Below, piece after piece: positions 35,067 to 47,668 of a stretch of 64,000 nucleotides of DNA. Made by a program: the position numbers and the translations under genes. The stretch covers positions 372,001-436,000 of the forward strand of contig CBFDEM010000052.1 of the NCBI GenBank assembly GCA_965603825.1. The letters run 5' to 3'. Under the pieces are notes generated by a model. The model was not told the origin of the DNA and ran no database searches. It saw only the letters and a list, made by a program, of their open reading frames with translations. Numbering within the stretch: the first letter of the stretch is position 1; each line of letters starts with the position of its first letter. This stretch comes from Blepharisma stoltei ATCC 30299. Taxonomy: Eukaryota; Protista; Ciliophora.

Positions 35067-36125
35067 TTAGTTGTATGAACTATCGAGCTCAAGTCTTTGC
35101 TTTATTATTTCTCTATACATCAATGCAATGTTTCTAGGGATAACTGCATCTCTTTGCAGCTTTATTTCCATTTTTTTTTCTTCATTATTTTTTAGCTTTG
35201 AGGTTTTGTCTTTTAAATTCTTGGCGGACCCGTCTTTTGAAACCTTGGGGGGATCAATATCCAGAGTATACTCAATAACTTTAGAAATGATTGGAAGATT
35301 GGATTGCGATTGGAACTGGGGATAATTTTTATGAGGATTTGTGAAGTCCTTATTTATTTGATCCTCAAATATTTTGCGCTTTTCTTCTTGAGATTTCTCA
35401 TATTTTTGTTTGGAATTGATTATAAACTCAACGTATTTATTTGGGCGGCTTTTTTTTTTGATAGTGTTATTGTCAGGCTTTATGGTATCGACTAAATTAA
35501 TAGTTCTTGTTTTGATTGCCCTATTTGAGTTATCGCGATTTGCCAATTCTTTTAAATTGTGTTCCTTTTCCAGTTCCAGTACTTCTATATTTTCTTTAGA
35601 AGCTCTTATTCTAGCTCCGTTAAGCAAAGTCTTTTCATTTTTTGGGCTTTTTTCTCATTTCTCTTCAGGAATTATTTTGAAATTCCTATCATTTTTGCTT
35701 GGGCTTTTAATATTCTTAATTGGCTCAGCAGTCTCACCTACATAATCTCTATATACAAGAGATATAAGTTCTCCAGCATTACCTTGCTCATGTGAGCATA
35801 ATCTTGGGGAGCTTCTACCTACATTGTATGATGGGTTTCTATATCCTGTTGCTGATTCTGCAATAATTCTAGATTGATCATTAATCTCAGGAATATAGCG
35901 GTTAGTTTCTTGCATTTCTAAAACATGCTTTTCTATTTCTTTAGCTTTTTTGAGCTTAAGTTCGATACCTTTTTTGATTAGCTTGTCCTCAATTTTCATC
36001 TTGGGAGAGGTTTCATAGTTAGCTTTCCTAGATTTTGTGTTTCGCTGTGAAGAAGGAGGAGAATCATATTGTTTTTTAAGTGACAGATAAATAGGCGACT
36101 TCGCAAATTTGTCTTGGAAGAGCAT
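35067..36125 (-). CDS. Hypothetical protein, 352 aa
   Basis: Two ORFs in the same frame joined by TGA 35655. Confidence 0.65.
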
Positions 36126-36295
36126 AATTATTATGAATATTATTGGAATAGCATAGAAACTTCTATCATTATGTAAAATAATTATTCTTTTTAATGCTGA
36201 TGCTAAATATTTATATTTTTAAGGAAATTTGACTAAAATAAGTTACACAACTAAATATCCATATATCTTTAAATAAAATTTAAAGAGAATTAATT

Positions 36296-36973
36296 ATGAA
36301 AAGCTTAAATCTCGCCTTACTAATGAAGCCTTGTGGCATTGAAAAAGACTTAAACGCGCTTTCCAGTTCTTCCTGCACAGAATTCAATAATTCATACTTA
36401 AAAGAAACTCTTTTTAACCAAGATATCTCTTACGATATCCGCAAAGAAATAGAATCTAAATACCAAAACTCAAAATCCAATAAAAATTATATTTTCCCCC
36501 GAAGTATCAGCACTTCCAATGTCTTAAAAATCCAAATAAAATCAAAACCCAATTTTTCAAGACCTTTATCAATGCAAAAAGAAAGAAAACCAAGCATTGG
36601 GTTTCAAAGCAGCAAGTCAATGCTAAAGAAAGTCTCAAATTCTCCACAATCTAAATTCAGGCTATTTTCTAAAAGGTCACAGACACCTAATAGTTTATTA
36701 AATCCTAGTAAATCAAGCTCTAAAATAGACCAAAGCTCATCTGGCAACTTAAAGACGCCAAAAGAGCTGCTAAACCCTCTTTCACACAACAGGGTTATGA
36801 GTGATTTTACTCATAACAAGCAAAGCTTCAGAAATAACATAGCTCTTACCAAAGATAAGCCAATAAAAATAGCAAACTCATTCTTGTCGAAATATCAGAA
36901 AATAATTATGAGTCCTATTAAAGATCTGAAGCCTATTTTAAAGAATATCAAATTAAAAAGTAAAATAATGTAA
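36296..36973 (+). CDS. Hypothetical basic Ser/Lys-rich protein, 225 aa
   Basis: ATG-TAA ORF. Confidence 0.6.
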   Translation: MKSLNLALLMKPCGIEKDLNALSSSSCTEFNNSYLKETLFNQDISYDIRKEIESKYQNSKSNKNYIFPRSISTSNVLKIQIKSKPNFSRPLSMQKERKPSIGFQSSKSMLKKVSNSPQSKFRLFSKRSQTPNSLLNPSKSSSKIDQSSSGNLKTPKELLNPLSHNRVMSDFTHNKQSFRNNIALTKDKPIKIANSFLSKYQKIIMSPIKDLKPILKNIKLKSKIM

Positions 36974-38050
36974 TTATGAGTTATTGCCGTGAAAAGCCAT
37001 CAGTAAATTTGTCATTAAACTTCGCTCGAATTGTCTATAAACAATTTCGAAGTCCGTAAGCAATTCTTTTATAGATTTAATCAAGTTTACATCATTTTTG
37101 CTTAAGCATAAACTCCAAACTCCTCTTTTTAGCTTCAGTCTTTGGTACTCCACTAAAGTCGAATTATAGTCAGGCTCAACTCCAGTATATTTTGTGACTT
37201 CAGGGTTTTTCGATGCTACAAGTCCTGCGATACTTTTGACAGCTTCAAAATCACAATTACGGTTTAATGATAAAAATTCGTTTACAAGCTTACAAATTGT
37301 GTCGTTCAATAACATCGCATATTGATTCACTTGGTCATCTGCAATTTTAGATAAAGGTTCTCGGTACACCATTAGTGCCAGCCAGAGTGTTTCCATAGTA
37401 AAGATATCATTATTAATTTCTTTCAAATCCAAAAGTTTTACGTTTAGTCCTCTTCCTGTCACTCTATATGCATAATTATCGATGCTAACTATACCCCATT
37501 TTATAGCCATTGCTGAAATAAATTTTAAGGTCTCTGCAAATAATATATATTCATTATAAGTCCGTGGGTGAGAGTCCAGAATAGCCTCTAAATTTGCATT
37601 TAAGGAGTTTCTTTGAGAAATTGACAGTTCATCTTCCATGCTTTTTAGTCGATATACATGATGGATTTTTGAAATAGATTTAGATGATAAACAAGATGAG
37701 GAAAGTTCCAAGTTAAACTTCTTACATAACTCGTATAAAACGATTTCGTAGTAATCAAGTGGGGTATTTTTAATTTCTTGCTAAATAATATTTACAATTT
37801 TCGTTTCAATTGCTTCAGTTATAGCTGCGGAGTCAAAACGAGGCCGAATATTGAACGCCTTGACGTCCTCTAGTCTCGCAAAAATTTCACTCCCTTCGCT
37901 GCCGTTTTCTTTTTGTTTATTCTGATACACAAATAAGGCTTCTTCTTCAACTTCATTTTCAGCTTCTGGTAACTTTCTCAGTTGTATAAAATTCAAATAA
38001 ATAGAAGGATTAGGTGGGGTTTCTTTTGAAGTTTCGTCTGGAATACTCAT
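36974..38050 (-). CDS. Hypothetical protein, about 353 aa, one 15-nt intron
   Basis: ORFs 37781-38050 and 36974-37711 are in frame after removal of intron 37781-37795. Confidence 0.75.
37781..37795 (-). other. 15-nt intron GTAAATATTATTTAG
   Basis: GT..AG, A at position 10; its terminal TAG is the in-frame stop of the tracked ORF. Confidence 0.85.
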
Positions 38051-38856
38051 ATTTTTAGATAATTTATAAACTTCTAAATTTTGTAATTAACCATTTATAT
38101 GCTCACGACTTAAAGCCAGCATAACAATCGATCGACCTTAGCTGCGTCAATTGTTTTCTTTTTAGTTTTATAATATTTTAGCCACCTAGAGTTAAATTAG
38201 AATATTATTTAACTCGAATTCTTATCAATTAAAGTAATAATATTGTTTTTTAGAACCAAATATACGCTCTAAAATATTTATTAGACTGTTATTTTATCAA
38301 TGATATAAATTTTGCAATAATTAATTTTATTGATTACCGCTAATATGGCTGAGATATAAAAGCATTCCAAACTTAATTTATATTTGTATGTAGCATACAA
38401 AAAGTGCTATTGGTAAATTAAAAAATTGATTATTGATATAATTTAATCAGGTTAGGCTTTACTAGAACCTATTTTATAATAGCTAATTTCCAAGATAATT
38501 GCAAATATGATATTATTCAGGTATTCTGATAGCAAATCTAAATAATTTTAGTTTAATCAAAATTCTTATAATAGCAATAAAACAAATTTTTATTTAGATA
38601 TTTATCTATGTTGCAATTATTATAATTATTTTGTACTTAGTAGATCATACCAATAGATCAAAACATATTGTGGCTCAATAAATCCATATTTATCTTTACC
38701 TATTAACTTACAAATCTATTAATAGTCAGATAATTTCCTTCTATGCATTAAAATGTTAATAAAACATTAGCCACGATTAAATTATGCAACACCTGAAAAT
38801 TATCTAACATAATATTAATTATATCATTATTGAATTGAATAAAACCTCAAAAATAT

Positions 38857-39399
38857 ATGGAAGAAAGTTCAATTTCTATGGTAAGGGTCATTCAGATTGT
38901 TGAATTACTTCAGCTGACCTCAAAATTTTTCAATGACGCAGCTGAAATAGTAAATCAAAGAAGGGTTAATTCATCAGACCATTCAAAATCCAGCAAAAAG
39001 CGAAGGAAAATAAAAACAAAGCGTCACAAGTCTGGCTACCAAGTCTTCCTTAAAGAAAAAATGAGCGAATTAAAGAAAAACCCTGAATATTCAAGTAACT
39101 ATAATTCAGATTCAAAAATGAGCACTCTTTCGTCTTTAGTTTCCCAAGAATGAAACAAAGCAGGAGAACAGGAAAAAGAAATTTATAAACAAAAGGCTGA
39201 GAAGCTTAAACAAGAGGAGGTTGAAAAAGTGAATTGTGAAGAAAGGAAATTCGAGCCTTCAGAAAGCTTATTAAAGCTGCTTGAAGATAATGATACCATA
39301 GAAGAAAGCTCAAGTGAAAACGAAAAAGGAGTGAAGAAAGAAGCAATTAAAAGCCCTTCTGAAAGTGAAGATCAGCTTATGGAAGAGGAGAGTGATTAG
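38857..39399 (+). CDS. HMG-box protein with an acidic tail, 180 aa
   Basis: KRHKSGYQVFLKEKM...LSSLVSQE-W(TGA 39151)-NKAGEQEKEIYKQKA, acidic C-terminus, TAG at 39397-39399. Confidence 0.85.
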
Positions 39400-39753
39400 G
39401 ATGATAAATTTTAATAACGTTTACAAAAGCCGCTTTAAGTAGGCAAATTTTAAAATAATTTTTGCATAAAATGATGAAATTTGTTTGTAGTTAAACAAGA
39501 TGATTAATATTCAGCCTCATTCAGCTTATTTGTTAAAAAAATCATATTAAGTTTAGAGTGGTCTACTTGATAATTTATTAGATTTTTTTTTCAATTTTGA
39601 TAAAATGCAAAAAACATCAAAATTTCTGATATTTTTGCTTTCTTTGATCATAATCTTAAAAATACACATCTCAATAATCTTTTAAATTATCTATTCCAAA
39701 GCGACATCTTTTCTATACTGACTTCTTTTCATTTTCGTTGAAAATAAATTAAA

Positions 39754-40965
39754 ATGCTGGGCTGGATATTCCTACTATTAAGTCATGTGATTTCTCAAGA
39801 AATAGAGCATGCAGTTGTATTTGGAAGCACAGAGGAGCTTGCTTACTACTATGTCGATATCTGGGTCGGAACCCCAGCAGTCAAACAAACTGTTATTGTC
39901 GACACAGGAAGTCGACTTACAGCATTCCCTTGTGCTGGTTGTGACAGCTGTGGCCAACATATGGATTCTTATTTTAATTACTCAAAATCAACAACTGCAC
40001 GTTTAGTCAATTGCGAAGAAACCTCTTGCTCTTCTTGCCATGAACAAAAATGCGAATATTCACAAAGCTATGCTGAAGGAAGCTCAATTTCAGGCTTCCT
40101 CGTCGAAGATTTAGTTATGTTTGGTGATGATTTCCAGCACTCCAAAGCTGTTCTTTTTAAATTTGGCTGCCATAAAAGAGAAACCAACCTTTTCAGAACT
40201 CAAAAAGCTGACGGGATTATGGGATTAGCATTTCCAAGAAGCAGAACCCCATCTATTATCGATGTTTTGTTCCAAGACCATGATATTTCTACTGATATTT
40301 TTGCCATTTGTTTTGGCAAAGTAGATGGGTACATGACAATTGGGGGTTACAATGCTTCTTTACATATCAATCCTATAAAGTGGGCCACTTTGCATGATGA
40401 AACTTTTTATTCGGTAACAATAAATAATGCTTTAGTCAATGGAACTGCATTGCATTTGAATTCTAGGGATAATTCGAGGACTTTTGTGTCAAATGCTATT
40501 GTTGACTCAGGAACGACTTATACTTATTTGACAAGTTCTATATATGATCCTTTATGGCAGGCTATAGAAAACTTTTGCCAAGGAGAAGGGAAATGTGATG
40601 GAGTCAGGAGACATGTCAATGGAGAGGGCCATGTATGTTACCATTATAACATTGAAAAATATCCAGATTTGTATCATTTTTTCGATACTTTTCCAACTAT
40701 CGAATTAACAATTGGGGATATTAATGTAGCTTGGCTGCCTGAGTATTATTTATCATCATGGCAAGATTACCAAGATATTTATTGTATAGGAATCTACAAT
40801 ACTGGAGGGGGAAGTGTGTTGGGGGGAAATTTTATGAGAGGACAAGATGTTGTGTTTGATAGAGAAAATGATAAAATTGGCTTTGCTGAATCAGAGTGCA
40901 ACCCAGCTCATGTTCATGGAAATACGAGAAGACTGCATGGAAAATATGCAAGCCCTGAAAATTAA
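39754..40965 (+). CDS. A1 aspartic protease, plasmepsin V/ASP5-like
   Basis: Signal peptide, [30 protein letters not shown] (nepenthesin-type insert), [38 protein letters not shown]. Confidence 0.9.
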   Translation: MLGWIFLLLSHVISQEIEHAVVFGSTEELAYYYVDIWVGTPAVKQTVIVDTGSRLTAFPCAGCDSCGQHMDSYFNYSKSTTARLVNCEETSCSSCHEQKCEYSQSYAEGSSISGFLVEDLVMFGDDFQHSKAVLFKFGCHKRETNLFRTQKADGIMGLAFPRSRTPSIIDVLFQDHDISTDIFAICFGKVDGYMTIGGYNASLHINPIKWATLHDETFYSVTINNALVNGTALHLNSRDNSRTFVSNAIVDSGTTYTYLTSSIYDPLWQAIENFCQGEGKCDGVRRHVNGEGHVCYHYNIEKYPDLYHFFDTFPTIELTIGDINVAWLPEYYLSSWQDYQDIYCIGIYNTGGGSVLGGNFMRGQDVVFDRENDKIGFAESECNPAHVHGNTRRLHGKYASPEN

Positions 40966-41950
40966 AATTTTTAATTATCAGTTTATCTTAAAACTAGACT
41001 TTTTATAAGCTTAATTTGCTGATTCATAGATAGTTCGTTCATGTTTAGAAAAAAAAAAAAGATTATAGCACAAGGGAAACAGCCAAAAGAAAAATATTTG
41101 TAATTTAGTATATCTTTTATATCAAAAATAGGTAATTACAGATTTTATCGTTAATGTTTTTGAAGTATATTTTCAACATTTTATTATTAAAATATACATC
41201 TTAAAAAGTTTCTAGAATTTAGATATCAGAACCAAATAATTAATGCATTAATTTTGGAAGTCCTTCGGTTTTCTAGATGATATTAATCAGTTTCAAAAAT
41301 TAAAAATTTTGGTCCTCATCTTACAAAGCAATAACTGGAATTTCAACTATAAAGATCGAAATCATTATCATAAATTTAAACTTCAAAGTGATCAGAAATT
41401 CATATACATTTATAAAGCATAATTATCAGTCATTGGGCAAAATAGTTTTTAGAGTCGAAAAATTTCTAGAGTCCATATTAATAATTTCTGCACATCTCTT
41501 ATCTTTGTAACCCAGCATTGAGCACTTCCTTTTCAGTGACATCATAAAATTTCTTCCCTGTTTTTCTATTAGAATTCTAAATACACAATATAAAAATATA
41601 GCTGGATAATGTCATCTATCAGGATTTAGAAAGCTCTTTTATTATTTACTATGCCTTCATTTACCCCTTCACACTTTCCTCTCAACTTGTCTCCCTTTAA
41701 TCTTGATTTTTGCAAAATTCTGTTATTTACTTTATATATCGACTAGGAGAACAAATTTTTCCCATATCCTTAATTTAATTTTTCACGATATTCTTAGCTT
41801 TACTCAAATTTAGGCTTTATTTCCTTATCCTCTTAACTTCTCTGGATAAACTCAACCTCGATTAGTTTCTAAGTAACTAATTATATTTCCCTATTAAATG
41901 CTTTTATCGACATTTAAGTCCTGATAAAAGAGTGGCTTATAATAAATAAT

Positions 41951-42859
41951 ATGGAAAGCAGCAGAACAGAGATCAGCGTCAGTATCGGAGAAGTCCCAGC
42001 CCAGCCAGGCGTCCAAGCCTACATCCACGTCGTTACTGGAGACAATCTTGCAGCAAAAGCCAGAGAAACCATCCAAGCCGAGATCGGAACAGCCCCTGCA
42101 GACTTCAACTTTTACACCGCTGTGAACTGTTCATCAGCCGAAGGTGCTGAAGAGCTGAAAAACCTTTTCACCAAAGTTTGGACAGGAATTACATCTGGAT
42201 CTGCTACAGATGAAGTTTCCCAAATGATCAAAGGACTTGTTGATCCTGAAGGAGAAGGTCCAAAACTTAACCACGAGTTCTCAGTCCACGGAACCAAACT
42301 TATTGTCCGCGGATTCCCAAGCGAAGAAAAATTAGCTGAAGCCCAAGGCATCCAAGAAATGATTCACAGCATGGCTGGACACATCTTCGGACATGACCAA
42401 ACTGTACACCTCGAATTCGATATTGGCCACGAAATCGGAGCTATCCTTGCAAGCCAAAACAAAATCATTGACGCTTTGAACTCATTGAGACTTAGCTTTG
42501 CTTTCCATGGAGCAGGATCTCTTTTCACTGATTTGCAAAGCGTTGCTGAAGCAACTGGAGCAGGAAGAGGAATTCTCCACATCTTAGGGTTACTCAGCTT
42601 ATACCAAAGCGCAATCCTTAACTTGAAATTCAGAACCTCAGCTGAATTACCAGATGCAGTCAAAGAGAGAGCTCTACAAATTGCAGGACAAGCAAACCTT
42701 GCTGAATTAAAGAACCAAGTGCCACCACCAGTATTCTCATTCCTTGGAAAACTCGCCGAACATACCACTGGAGATCTCCATGTCTTCATTGCAGCTGGCA
42801 GACTTGCTGGAGAATTTAAACTTCACTCACCTGGACTTTTACGTGCTCTTACAGCTTAA
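41951..42859 (+). CDS. Hypothetical protein, 302 aa, with the codon bias of a highly expressed gene
   Basis: Clean ORF, GC-richer than its neighbours, many C-ending codons, no TGA. Confidence 0.85.
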   Translation: MESSRTEISVSIGEVPAQPGVQAYIHVVTGDNLAAKARETIQAEIGTAPADFNFYTAVNCSSAEGAEELKNLFTKVWTGITSGSATDEVSQMIKGLVDPEGEGPKLNHEFSVHGTKLIVRGFPSEEKLAEAQGIQEMIHSMAGHIFGHDQTVHLEFDIGHEIGAILASQNKIIDALNSLRLSFAFHGAGSLFTDLQSVAEATGAGRGILHILGLLSLYQSAILNLKFRTSAELPDAVKERALQIAGQANLAELKNQVPPPVFSFLGKLAEHTTGDLHVFIAAGRLAGEFKLHSPGLLRALTA

Positions 42860-43126
42860 ATAACTAATCCTTAGTCCAAATAAATCCAGTTTTAAGTAAA
42901 TTGATAAATGGTGAAAATTATAGATTGAATAGAGAATTTGGAAAAAGGAGTTTCATTTATGCTATAATCTCACAAGGAAAGATATTAAGAGCTGGTTTAA
43001 TTAATAATTATAATCCTGAGAAAAAATTTAAATAATTCAAATTTCATCTATTCAGGCATAATCTGGACAAATCTATTATCTTTTTCATATTTAGACTTCA
43101 AAGTGCCGATTTATTTTGATATAAAT

Positions 43127-45607
43127 ATGAACCCAGCAAAACCACTTGATTTAGTCCGCATGGGCTGTGTATCTAATGAAGACTATGAACGATCAGCCCC
43201 TCAACTAGCCGACATAATAAAAACAGCACAGATGCCAGTATGTCGCGATGTAATCGCTCTAATCAAAAAAATCATTAAAGACAAGCATGCAGCTCCTCCT
43301 TCTAAACTCCGCGCTTTAAAGCTTTTTCATGCTTGCATGATGGTCGCTAACACAAATTTCTTAGTTTTTGCTCAACGAAAAGTGATGAGCAGATTTACCA
43401 TTCTTGCCAAGCATAAAAAACAAATTCACGATGATTCCAGAGGAGATGATATATTTGGCCCGGTAAGCGGATTATCTGAAGAAAACCGTGAAGCTTCTAA
43501 AGAGTTTTTGATTTGTTTATTGCAATACATTCAAATTTGGGCTCAACAGTTTGGAAAAGCTCCAGATGGAAAGTCAAGTGCTTATTTTATAGCTTATAAA
43601 ACTCTTGAAAAAGAAAACGTATCATTCCCGAATAAGAGAAATTCAAAGCCAAGATTAAGCTTGGACAGCTCAAGGCAAAGTTTAGATAATCCTAGGCCAT
43701 CTTCAGCAGTCCCAAAACAATCATCTCCACTAATGTATGAAAGACCATCACAAAAACCTAATGCAGAAAGACCTGCAAGGAGACAGAGCGGAGGGGGTAT
43801 AATTGGAAGGGTTGAAACGGCCATGGATGTTTATAATGACCTAATAAGGTCTGGAGGAGGTGGCGATGCAATTGTTGAGTGTTTTTTGCAGCTGAAAGAT
43901 TTAAAAAGTGAGCTAGAAAGAGAAGTGGGGCAATCAGATAACCCAGAAACTATTGAAAGACTGTTTGAATTAAATGACAGATTACAAATGCTTATTGACT
44001 CTCATCATGATATAGGTAAAAGGCCACAGTCAAATAAAGCTTATGAAACTGTTCCTGTAATGCAGCCTCAATCTGCTAAAAAAAAGCAGCAAATTGACAA
44101 TATCTTAGACCTTGATTTATTTGATGACCCTCAAGCATCCTCAGTTTCTCAATCAGCTGCATTTTCGAGCATGTCTTTTGCAACCCACAATCCTCGTCTA
44201 CAAATGATGCCAACTGAAATGAAATCCCCAGCTTCTCAAAATTACCCAGCCCTTTTGCCTACTTCTGCAAAAGACGATGCTGGAGCTATAGAATCTCTTA
44301 AAAGAGAAAACGAAAAACTTAAAAAGGTCATAAGTCACAGGCAGGATGAGGATTCTAATAAAATAAACCAAATAAATCAGCTTATGACAGAAAATATGCA
44401 GCTAAAGCAGGCTTTAGAAGCCGGGAAGCAGCAGATGTTTATGCAGGATGAGAATATAAAAAAGTTAACGCAAGCTAGTGCTCAGATGAATGCTTCGCTT
44501 GTGGAGGCGAATCAAAATATAGAAAGGCTCACAAGACAATTGGAGGCAAAAGAAAATGAGATTAGGTCTTTAAAGAATGAAAAGCCAAACGGACACCAAT
44601 CAAGCCTTTCACAGCATTCTCTTCCTATGAACCCTGAAATCAGAATGCAAGCCCCTCAGCATGCTCCAGACCCTTATTCTATGGCTCCAGCCCCTCAGCG
44701 TGCTCCAGACCCTTACTCTATGGTTCCTCCCCCTCAGCGTGCTCCAGACCCTTACTCTATGGCTCCTGAGCTTAAAGTCCAAATCCCTCCTCGTGTTTCA
44801 GACCCTTACAGTTCCTCCCCAAACCCTTTTGACGACAGTGATTCTTCTGACGACATCCCTCAGCAAGCTCACAATTTCCCTATCCAAAACGAGCTCTTTT
44901 ATAGAATCTGCAATTGCATTGACAGAGGCATCTTATATGATGATGAATTTTTACAAGTGGGTATTCAAATTGCTAGGGACGAAACTGGTGTTATGGGGAT
45001 GATTTATGTAGGAAATAAAACCCCAGCTCCTATTACTGAGCTTAATACAGAAGCAATCAGCTATGAAAAGGAAGGGCTAGTAGTGCTTATAAGTCCAATT
45101 ATTTCTACTGATCCAATCACAAAAGGAGCTCAAGCTAACCGTATGGTAAAAGCTTCATTAAAAGATTTTACTGGGAAAATCCCTAAAATTATCATAAAAA
45201 TAAAGCAGGGGTCAGAGACTAAGACATTGTTTTTAAATTTACCAATAACAATTGCAAGGTTTTTGCAAGGAATTCAAAGGTCACCTGAAGAATTTTGGCC
45301 AATATGAGAAAGGCTTGCATTTAAAGAGGAAAAGTTTTCATGCCAAATGGAAGGAATCAGGTCAATGCAAGAGCTAAGCCAGCATTTGTCACTTGGCGGC
45401 GCTTTTAAGATTTATACTCCACAAGAAATTCCGCAGCTTTCTCCAACTCAGCTATTAGGAGCTGGACAAAAAGGGGTTGCAGTACTTATATTAGCGACAA
45501 TAGACCCACAAACTATGTCAGCTCAACTGTCAATTCGCAGTGAAAGTTTAACACTTCGTGAAGCTATTATGGAAATAATGTCAACACAGATTTCAGGTAA
45601 AGAGTAA
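43127..45607 (+). CDS. Putative clathrin adaptor: VHS-like + GAT-like + coiled coil + alpha-adaptin-type ear, 826 aa
   Basis: N-terminal KLRALKL..ACM...LLQYIQIWAQQF (VHS-like), IERLFELNDRLQMLIDSH (GAT-like), ILDLDLF, NPF, DRGILYDDEFLQVGI..IYVGNK (appendage), LNLPITIARFLQG..EEFWPI-W(TGA 45305)-ERL (platform). Confidence 0.7.
44652..44768 (+). repeat. Three tandem 39-nt coding repeats (PQ[H/R]APDPYSM[A/V]P[A/P])
   Basis: CCCCTCAGC(A/G)TGCTCCAGACCCTTA(T/C)TCTATGG x3, with a degenerate fourth copy near 44785-44810. Confidence 0.9.
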
Positions 45608-45636
45608 TGATAATCATATTTTTAAGAAATAATAAG

Positions 45637-47203
45637 TTAAATTGTTATTTTCTTCCTTGCTAGCTCTGCAGTATATTTTTCAGGGACTCCTTCTTTCTTT
45701 AGCGCTTCAAGTTTTTCTTGCTTGATTCTTTCAAGCTTGCGTTTTTCGTCCTCAATTTCATTCCTAAGTTTTCTTCCTTCTTCTAAATACTCTCTCTGAT
45801 CCTGTGATTTCTTTTCATCATTAGTCAATATTTGAGCTTTCAGCTGCTCTGCGTGCTGTTTTCTTATCATAGCCTTTTGTTCTTCTATCATTCTTTCCTT
45901 ATCAGCAGCTTCTTTTTGGGCTTGGATAATTCTTTCAAATTCATCCCTTTCTTGTTTAGCTTGAATAAGCATCCTTATTTCGCGTTCTTGAGCTTGATTT
46001 ATTCTTGCTTCTTCAATTTCTGCATTAATCTTTGCCAACTTTTGGGCTTCTTGGAATTCTTTTTCTCTTTCAACCCTCTCTTGGGCTTCTTGAGCTCTTT
46101 TAGCCCTCAGTGCATCAAGCTCAGACTGTCTATCTTTAGCTCTTTCTTGTCTTTCTCTTAGCCTTTGGACTTCTCTTTCTTTTTCAGCTTTAATCCTCAG
46201 CTGGTCTTCTATTAGTTCTTGCTCTCTTTTAGCTTTATCTAAGTTGTATTTCATAATCCTTTCATCTTCTTCTATTTCTTGTCTTTTTCTGGCTTCTTTG
46301 ATAAGAATTGCTTTATTATTAGCCTGCTCTACCTCAGAAAGCAGCTTTTTCTGGGTCAGCATTTTTTCTTGGCCAATTCTGTTTTCTTCTTCTTGCAAAG
46401 CTTCAATTTGTCTGAGCATTTGTGCTCTTTCTTTTTCCAGCATTTCTTGCTCTTTCATCCTAATAAAATCTCTTTCTTTTATTTGTTCTTCTAGCACTCT
46501 GGCTCCTTGGATTCTGTCTTCTTTCCATTTTTGTTCTCTTTCATCATGATATTTGATGACCTTGAGTCTTTCAATTTCCATCATCAAGTCAAGCTGCTCT
46601 TCTGTTTTTTTCTTTTCTTCTTCAATAACTTTTTTCTCTTTTAGCTGCTCATCTCGGACTGTTACGATTTTTGAGTATAGGACCATTTGGTTCATATGCT
46701 TTACATCATCATGCTCGCGATCTAGAAGTTCGCCAGCCTTTTCACGGATTTTTTTCTTTTTCTCCGCGTCTTCACGCTCAGCTTCAGTCATTGGGGCATT
46801 TCTTTGACGCTCCTTTTCAAGCTCTTGCATACGTTCTTTACGAGCTTTGGCAGCTGCACGCTGCTGTTCTTTTTGTTCTTCAAGAACGGTTTGCTCAGCA
46901 AGCAGTTGGTCTTTGGTTTTTAAAACTGCTGCTGCTTTCATTCTCTGGATTTCACTAAGAGGAATTACTGTTGCATTTTCTGGGATCGATCCTGTTTTTA
47001 CTTGGGTTTTTATTTTATTTAATTCAGCATCAGAGATTTTAACTGATTTTCCAGCTTGAGAGCCGGGCTTTGAAGATGGCTGTTTTTTGGATCCAAAAAG
47101 AGACTCATCAACATGAGATCCGTTTGAAACTTTTTTATAGCTTGCACCTGACTTTTTTGATTGGACACTTCCTTGTGAGCTTGGCTAAGTTAAAAATTAC
47201 CAT
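45637..47203 (-). CDS. CFAP45: Cilia- and flagella-associated protein 45 (CCDC19, TPH domain), about 516 aa
   Basis: VDESLFG, AKARKERMQELE, DDVKHMNQMVLYSKIVTVRDEQL, LDLMMEIERLK, QSELDALRAKRAQE, GVPEKY. The ATG is followed directly by a 16-nt intron. Confidence 0.9.
47185..47200 (-). other. 16-nt intron GTAATTTTTAACTTAG immediately after the start codon
   Basis: Removal puts ATG 47203 in frame with the CFAP45 ORF. Confidence 0.8.
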
Positions 47204-47668
47204 TTAAGACAAATATTGATTATAAATTATGAATTAATAAAATTTTCATATGAGAAGAATGGAAACTTAGAATAAATAATATAAGTCTATGGAGAACACT
47301 TTGAAGCCATATGTATTGATTTTAAAATTTAAATGATGATCGTTCAACTGAAATTTAAGACTAGCATATGTTTAATAGTAATATAGGCGTTTATTTTCAA
47401 ACACTCAGAATTATTTTAAACTTCAATTTTATGAGCAGCTATCATTTCTTCGATCTTTAAAGAATACAAATTGCTTAAAACTAATATAATGGACGACCAC
47501 ATTTTTTTCATTTAAGCATCTGATGAAAAACGCAATAGCACATTTATAACTATTTTAATTTCCCTATAAATAATTTTCTTATATTTTTTAAGGCCCAAAA
47601 TTCAATCGCCATTTTGATTAACTTCCTTTAAGTATAATACAGAAGTAATAATTTTATTTTAGTTTATA

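Noticed and set aside
38051-38856. Long AT-rich gaps as retained IESs, transposons or telomere-addition sites
   Set aside because: No terminal inverted repeats, transposase or telomeric repeats were seen; IES status cannot be judged without MIC/MAC reads.
44652-44768. 39-nt repeats as a CRISPR array or minisatellite element
   Set aside because: Head-to-tail with no spacers, and in frame within a protein linker.
45832-47059. Plus-strand Phe/Ser/Leu-rich ORFs opposite CFAP45 (likewise 890-1317, 27050-27396, 35071-35795, 42112-42789, 52517-52843)
   Set aside because: Antisense shadows of Glu/Lys-rich or codon-biased genes.
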